Below are positions 56,746 to 60,882 of a DNA stretch of 60,882 bases, in pieces (positions within the stretch are counted from its first letter, which is position 1; each line of letters begins with the position of its first letter). Under the pieces are notes generated by a model. The model worked only from the letters and a program-made list of their open reading frames with translations, was not told the origin of the DNA and searched no databases. This DNA is from Burkholderiales bacterium. GTDB lineage: Bacteria > Pseudomonadota > Gammaproteobacteria > Burkholderiales > Burkholderiaceae_C. The stretch is from contig JAGWTS010000001.1 in the NCBI GenBank assembly GCA_028868875.1, positions 1 to 60,882 of the forward strand, written 5' to 3'. The position numbers and the translations under genes were made by a program.

Positions 56746-57270
56746 GTGAGCTCGCTGCGCCCGAGCGCGTCTTTCATGCTGGGCCATCCGGCGCGCTGGT
56801 TCGCGCTGGGTTTCGGCAGCGGCCTCTCGCCCGTCGCGCCCGGCACCGTGGGCACGCTCCTGGGCTGGGCCGCGTTCGCCGCCGCCGATCGCTGGTTCGG
56901 CCCGCTGGCCTGGGGCTGGGTCATCGCCGCGGCATTGCTGCTCGGGCTCTGGGCCTGCACGCGCACGGCCCAGCACCTCGGGCTGGCCGACCCCGGTGCG
57001 ATCGTCTGGGACGAGATCGTCGCGATCTGGATCGTGCTCTGGTTCGTCACCCCCGGGTCGTTCGCGCTGCAGGCGGCCGGCTTCGTCCTGTTCCGGATCT
57101 TCGACGCCGCCAAGCCCGGACCCGTCGGCTGGGCCGACCGCCTGTTCAAGCTGCGCCCGGGCGAGGCCATCGGCTGGCGCCAGGGCTGGGGCATCCTCTT
57201 CGACGACCTCGTCGCCGCCGGCTGCACGCTGCTGTGCATCGCGCTCGGAGTCTGGCTGTGGCGCTGGTGA
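56746..57270 (+). CDS. pgpA: Phosphatidylglycerophosphatase A
   Basis: GFGSGLSPVAPGTVGT, DPGAIVWDEI, FRIFDAAKP, DDLVA. Confidence 0.95.
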   Translation: MSSLRPSASFMLGHPARWFALGFGSGLSPVAPGTVGTLLGWAAFAAADRWFGPLAWGWVIAAALLLGLWACTRTAQHLGLADPGAIVWDEIVAIWIVLWFVTPGSFALQAAGFVLFRIFDAAKPGPVGWADRLFKLRPGEAIGWRQGWGILFDDLVAAGCTLLCIALGVWLWRW

Positions 57271-57746
57271 AGTTCGAAGCGGCGGTGACGGCGCTCGGCG
57301 ACGCCTTGCGCACGCGCGGCTGGCGCATCGCCTGCGCCGAGAGCTGCACCGGCGGGCTGATCGCTGCGGCCTGCACCGCGGTCGCCGGCTCGAGCGACTG
57401 GTTCGAGCGCGGCTTCGTCACCTACAGCAACGAGGCGAAGACCGATCTGCTCGGCGTGCCGGCCGCGCTCATCGCCGCCGAAGGGGCGGTCAGCGAGGCG
57501 GTGGCGCGGGCCATGGTGGCCGGGGTGCTGGCGCGCGCGCCGGTTCAGCTCGCGGCAGCCGTCACCGGCATCGCCGGCCCCGGCGGCGCGGTGCCGGGCA
57601 AGCCGGTCGGCACGGTCTGGCTCGCCTGGGGCACGGCCGCGGGCGTTCAGGCGGAACGGCTGCAACTCGACGGCGACCGCGGCGCGGTGCGCGAGGCCAG
57701 CGTCTCCGCGGCGCTCGCCCGCCTGGACGAGGCCGCGCGCCCATGA
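57258..57746 (+). CDS. cinA: CinA/PncC family NMN deamidase
   Basis: AESCTGG, GFVTYSNEAK, GAVS, TGIAGPGG, KPVGTV. Confidence 0.93.
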   Translation: MALVKFEAAVTALGDALRTRGWRIACAESCTGGLIAAACTAVAGSSDWFERGFVTYSNEAKTDLLGVPAALIAAEGAVSEAVARAMVAGVLARAPVQLAAAVTGIAGPGGAVPGKPVGTVWLAWGTAAGVQAERLQLDGDRGAVREASVSAALARLDEAARP

Positions 57747-58612
57747 AGATCCTGCTTGCCGGTGAGATCGACGCAGGCTGGCGCCGCAACCTGGCCGCGG
57801 CCCTGCCCGAGGCCGACTGGGCCTACCGCGGCGACGCGGCCGACGTCGCGGTCGTCGCGAATCCGGCGCGCGGGGCGCTCGCCGGACAGCGCCGGCTCGG
57901 CTTGATCCAGTCGCTCTGGGCCGGGGTCGAAGGCCTGCTCGCCGACCCCACGCTGCCGCCGGGGGTGCCGATCGCGCGCATGGCCGATCCGGCGATGAGC
58001 GCGGCCATGGCCGAGACCGCGCTCTGGGCCGTGCTCGCGCTGCATCGCGGCTTCTTCGCCTATGCGCGGCGCCAGCGCGAAGGTGTCTGGCAGGCCCATG
58101 CCCAGCGCCGCGCCGACGAAGTGGGGGTGGTGGTGCTGGGCCAGGGCGAGATGGGGCGCGCGGCGGGGGCGCGCCTGGCGCAGCAGGGCTACCGCGTCGC
58201 CGGCTGGCGCCGCGGCGTCGAGCTCGCGCCGCTGCTGGCGGCGAGCGAGATCGTCGTCAACCTGCTGCCGCTCACCGAAGCCACGCGCGGCCTGCTCGAC
58301 GCCCGCTTCTTTGCGGCGATGGCGCCGGGTTCGGCGCTCGTCAACCTCGGCCGGGGCGGCCATGTGGTGGAGGCCGACCTGCTCGCCGCACTCGATGCCG
58401 GACAGGTGCGTGAAGCCGTGCTCGACGTCTTCGCCCAGGAGCCGCTGCCCGCCGGCCACGCCTTCTGGCGCCATCCGCGGGTGCAGATGCTGCCGCACGC
58501 GGCGGCGGCGACCGATCCACGCAGCGCTTCGCAGGTGGTGGCCGCCAATCTGCGCGCCTGGCGCGACGGGCGCGAGCCGGCTTACCTTGTCGACCGCGGG
58601 CGCGGCTACTGA
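57743..58612 (+). CDS. ghrA: Glyoxylate/hydroxypyruvate reductase A-like 2-hydroxyacid dehydrogenase
   Basis: SLWAGVE, LGQGEMG, NLLPLT, NLGRG, LDVF.QEPLP, PHAAA. Confidence 0.85.
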   Translation: MKILLAGEIDAGWRRNLAAALPEADWAYRGDAADVAVVANPARGALAGQRRLGLIQSLWAGVEGLLADPTLPPGVPIARMADPAMSAAMAETALWAVLALHRGFFAYARRQREGVWQAHAQRRADEVGVVVLGQGEMGRAAGARLAQQGYRVAGWRRGVELAPLLAASEIVVNLLPLTEATRGLLDARFFAAMAPGSALVNLGRGGHVVEADLLAALDAGQVREAVLDVFAQEPLPAGHAFWRHPRVQMLPHAAAATDPRSASQVVAANLRAWRDGREPAYLVDRGRGY

Positions 58613-58646
58613 AGGCGCCGCGTCACGGAACCGCGCCGGCTCGGCT

Positions 58647-59714
58647 TCAGGCCGCGAGCGCCAGCCGCGTCCGTCCGTTGGCCTGCAGCAGCATCAGCAC
58701 GAGGCGGCGCAGCCCGTCCCAGGGGTCCTGCGGCCAGTCGGGGTGGCGCAAGCCCTTGACGAGGCCGTCGCAGACGCTCGCGGCCTCGACGAGCTGCTCG
58801 ATCTGGTGCGCTTCGAGCTGCGGCAGCGCGCGTTCGAAGAGCTTTTCCTTGAGCCCCCAGACCCGGGCTTCGCGCAGGGCCAGCGGCAGCGGCTTGCCGG
58901 CGTCGAGCGCGTTGCGGGCGCGGGCGAGGCCGCGGATGTCCTCCGCCAGGGTCCAGTGCACCAGCACCGGCGCCTCGCCTTCGGCGCGCAGGCCGTCGAG
59001 CATGCGCAGCGCGCGCGCCACCTGGCCCGCGAGCACCGCCTCGCCGAGCCTGAAGACGTCGTAGCGCGCGACGTCGAGCACCGCGGCCTCGATCTGGTCG
59101 AAGCTCAGCTCGCCCGCCGGGTACAGCAGCGCGAGCTTTTGCAGCTCCTGGTGCGCGGCGAGCAGGTTGCCTTCGACGCGGTCGGCGAAGAAGGCGAGCG
59201 TGCGCTGGCCTTCTTCGCCGTCGGCGACGCGCTGACCCTGCGCGGCGAGGCGCTTGGCGATCCACGCCGGCAGTTCGCGCCGCTCGACCGGCTCGACCTT
59301 GAGCATCACGCCGGCGGCGTCGAGGGCCATGAACCAGCCGCTCTTGGCCTGCTGCCAGTCGAGCTTGGGCAGGTGGATCACGGTCACGACGTCGTCGCAG
59401 AGCGTTTCGCAATAACGCTGCAACGCCGGCGACCCCTCCTTGCCCGGCTTGCCGTTCGGGATGCGCAGCTCGATCAGCTGGCGCTCGGCGAACAGGCTCA
59501 TCGCCTGCGACGCGCCGATGAAGCCGTCCCAGTCGAAATGCGCGGCGTTGCCGACGGTGAAGACCTTGCGCTCGCCATAACCCGCGGCGCGGGCGGCGGC
59601 GCGGATCGCGTCGCCCGCTTCCTGGGCGAGCAGCGGCTCGTCGCCGTGGATCGTGTAGAGCGGCTTGACGCCCTTGGCGAGGTGCGCAGCGAGCTGGTCG
59701 GGCTTGAGGTTCAT
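58647..59714 (-). CDS. holA: DNA polymerase III delta subunit
   Basis: GDEPLLAQE, MSLFAERQLIELRIP.GKPGKEG, VEGNLLAAHQEL; after lptE. Confidence 0.96.
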   Translation of the reverse strand: MNLKPDQLAAHLAKGVKPLYTIHGDEPLLAQEAGDAIRAAARAAGYGERKVFTVGNAAHFDWDGFIGASQAMSLFAERQLIELRIPNGKPGKEGSPALQRYCETLCDDVVTVIHLPKLDWQQAKSGWFMALDAAGVMLKVEPVERRELPAWIAKRLAAQGQRVADGEEGQRTLAFFADRVEGNLLAAHQELQKLALLYPAGELSFDQIEAAVLDVARYDVFRLGEAVLAGQVARALRMLDGLRAEGEAPVLVHWTLAEDIRGLARARNALDAGKPLPLALREARVWGLKEKLFERALPQLEAHQIEQLVEAASVCDGLVKGLRHPDWPQDPWDGLRRLVLMLLQANGRTRLALAA

Positions 59715-60199
59715 GCCGGCTTGATCGCCCCCAGGCGGCGCAGCACCTGGGCCACGACGTCCTCGTCCATCGCCCGAAAGAGCAGCGTCTCTTCCTGCTG
59801 CTTGGCCAGCGCCGCCGTCTCGTTGTAGCTGAGATCGCGCGTGAGCAACAGCTCGGCCGGCGGCAGCAGCAGCGCGCCCGCCGGTGTGGCGGCGCGAAAA
59901 CGCAGGCGCACGCGCAACTGCACTTCGCGCACCTGGCCCGCGGCGGTGAAGGCGGCCACCGTCTTCGTCCGCGCGTCGGCGAGCGCGTCGAACACGACCT
60001 CGGCCTGCGCCGGGTTGTCGCGCAGCGCGATGCCGGCGGCGCGCAGCTCGCGTTCGAGCGCAACCCGCAGCGGCGAGTCGGCGGCAAAGCCGACGAGCGC
60101 GATCGACTTGAAGGCCAGCGGCTGCGGGCGGCGCAGCTCGAAGCCGCAGGCGGCCAGCACGACGGTGCCAAGGAAGCAGAGAGCGATGCGTCGCCGCAT
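59711..60199 (-). CDS. lptE: LPS-assembly lipoprotein LptE
   Basis: Lipobox LAACGFELR, GQVRE, RDLSYNE..ALAK; leuS-lptE-holA context. Confidence 0.94.
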   Translation of the reverse strand: MRRRIALCFLGTVVLAACGFELRRPQPLAFKSIALVGFAADSPLRVALERELRAAGIALRDNPAQAEVVFDALADARTKTVAAFTAAGQVREVQLRVRLRFRAATPAGALLLPPAELLLTRDLSYNETAALAKQQEETLLFRAMDEDVVAQVLRRLGAIKPA

Positions 60200-60201
60200 G
60201 T

Positions 60202-60384
60202 TCAATCGCCGCGCGCCGCGATGGCGCGCCGGAGCACGACCGTGATGTCGGTGGTCGCGCGCTGGTCGCCGTGCGCGAACAGCGCATAGGCGCCGATCGG
60301 CAGGCAGCGCGCGCCGCCGGCATTGAGTGCTGCGACGAGCCGCTTCAGGTCGGCGGCGGTCGCGGGGCGGCTGCAGTCGCTCAT
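60202..60384 (-). pseudogene. Truncated nucleotidyltransferase (DUF6036/AbiEii-like N-terminus)
   Basis: SRPATAADLKRLVAALN...IGAYALFAHGDQRATTDITVV is a degenerate GG.A...HG..R.T.D.D motif; stops at 60 aa. Confidence 0.65.
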
Positions 60385-60602
60385 GCGGTGCGTGCGGCCA
60401 TCGCCCGGGCAAGGCAGTCGATGAGATGCTGCTCCATCGCTTCGAAAGTCTTGAATCGATAGACGCCCTTGCGCTGGCCCGTGCTCGTGGCCCAGCCGAA
60501 CGTGGCGGCCGCATCCACCACGGCCATGCCGCGCCGAAGGGCGTCGGCGCTGGCCTGCACTTCGAGGCGCGGTTCGGTGGCGCGGTGGCCCACGGTGTGC
60601 AT
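60381..60602 (-). CDS. Small hypothetical protein, probable partner of the nucleotidyltransferase
   Basis: 73 aa with KGVYRFKTFEAME..L..CLARAMA; ATGA-coupled to the NTase fragment. Confidence 0.6.
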   Translation of the reverse strand: MHTVGHRATEPRLEVQASADALRRGMAVVDAAATFGWATSTGQRKGVYRFKTFEAMEQHLIDCLARAMAARTA

Positions 60603-60608
60603 GCGCTG

Positions 60609-60882
<274 letters not shown>

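Overview
High-GC betaproteobacterial chromosome segment (Burkholderiales-like gene content and order; taxon inferred, not proven). Most of it is housekeeping or metabolic: lysR-HAD-glcB, pyrF/purB, gdhA, deoC/PNP, metXW, amgK, lptD-surA-rsmA, maeB, thiL-pgpA-cinA-ghrA and leuS-lptE-holA. Two riboswitches are recognisable: FMN before ribH2 and SAM-II before metX. The best candidate for an undescribed system is a barnase/barstar-type pair. Its barstar stop codon sits in a predicted H-type RNA pseudoknot just after a U-rich tract, and an open, well-coded -1 frame adds about 60 aa ending in an ssrA-like tail (AAWLNAA), suggesting a recoded, degradable inhibitor isoform. Other highlights are: a betaine-type ABC transporter plus nitrilase/beta-oxidation/MmgE-PrpD/GlxA catabolic cluster whose MmgE gene has no normal start codon; a bacterial URC-type pyrimidine degradation operon next to an FMN riboswitch-ribH2 unit; a divergent, membrane-anchored RquA-like methyltransferase; a decayed nucleotidyltransferase two-gene module between leuS and lptE; a probable internally deleted cdd remnant; covarying structured intergenic repeats; and a 25-bp tandem array derived from the gdhA 3' end. 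No CRISPR, tRNA, rRNA or transposase was seen. All family assignments come from reading motifs; no database searches were run.
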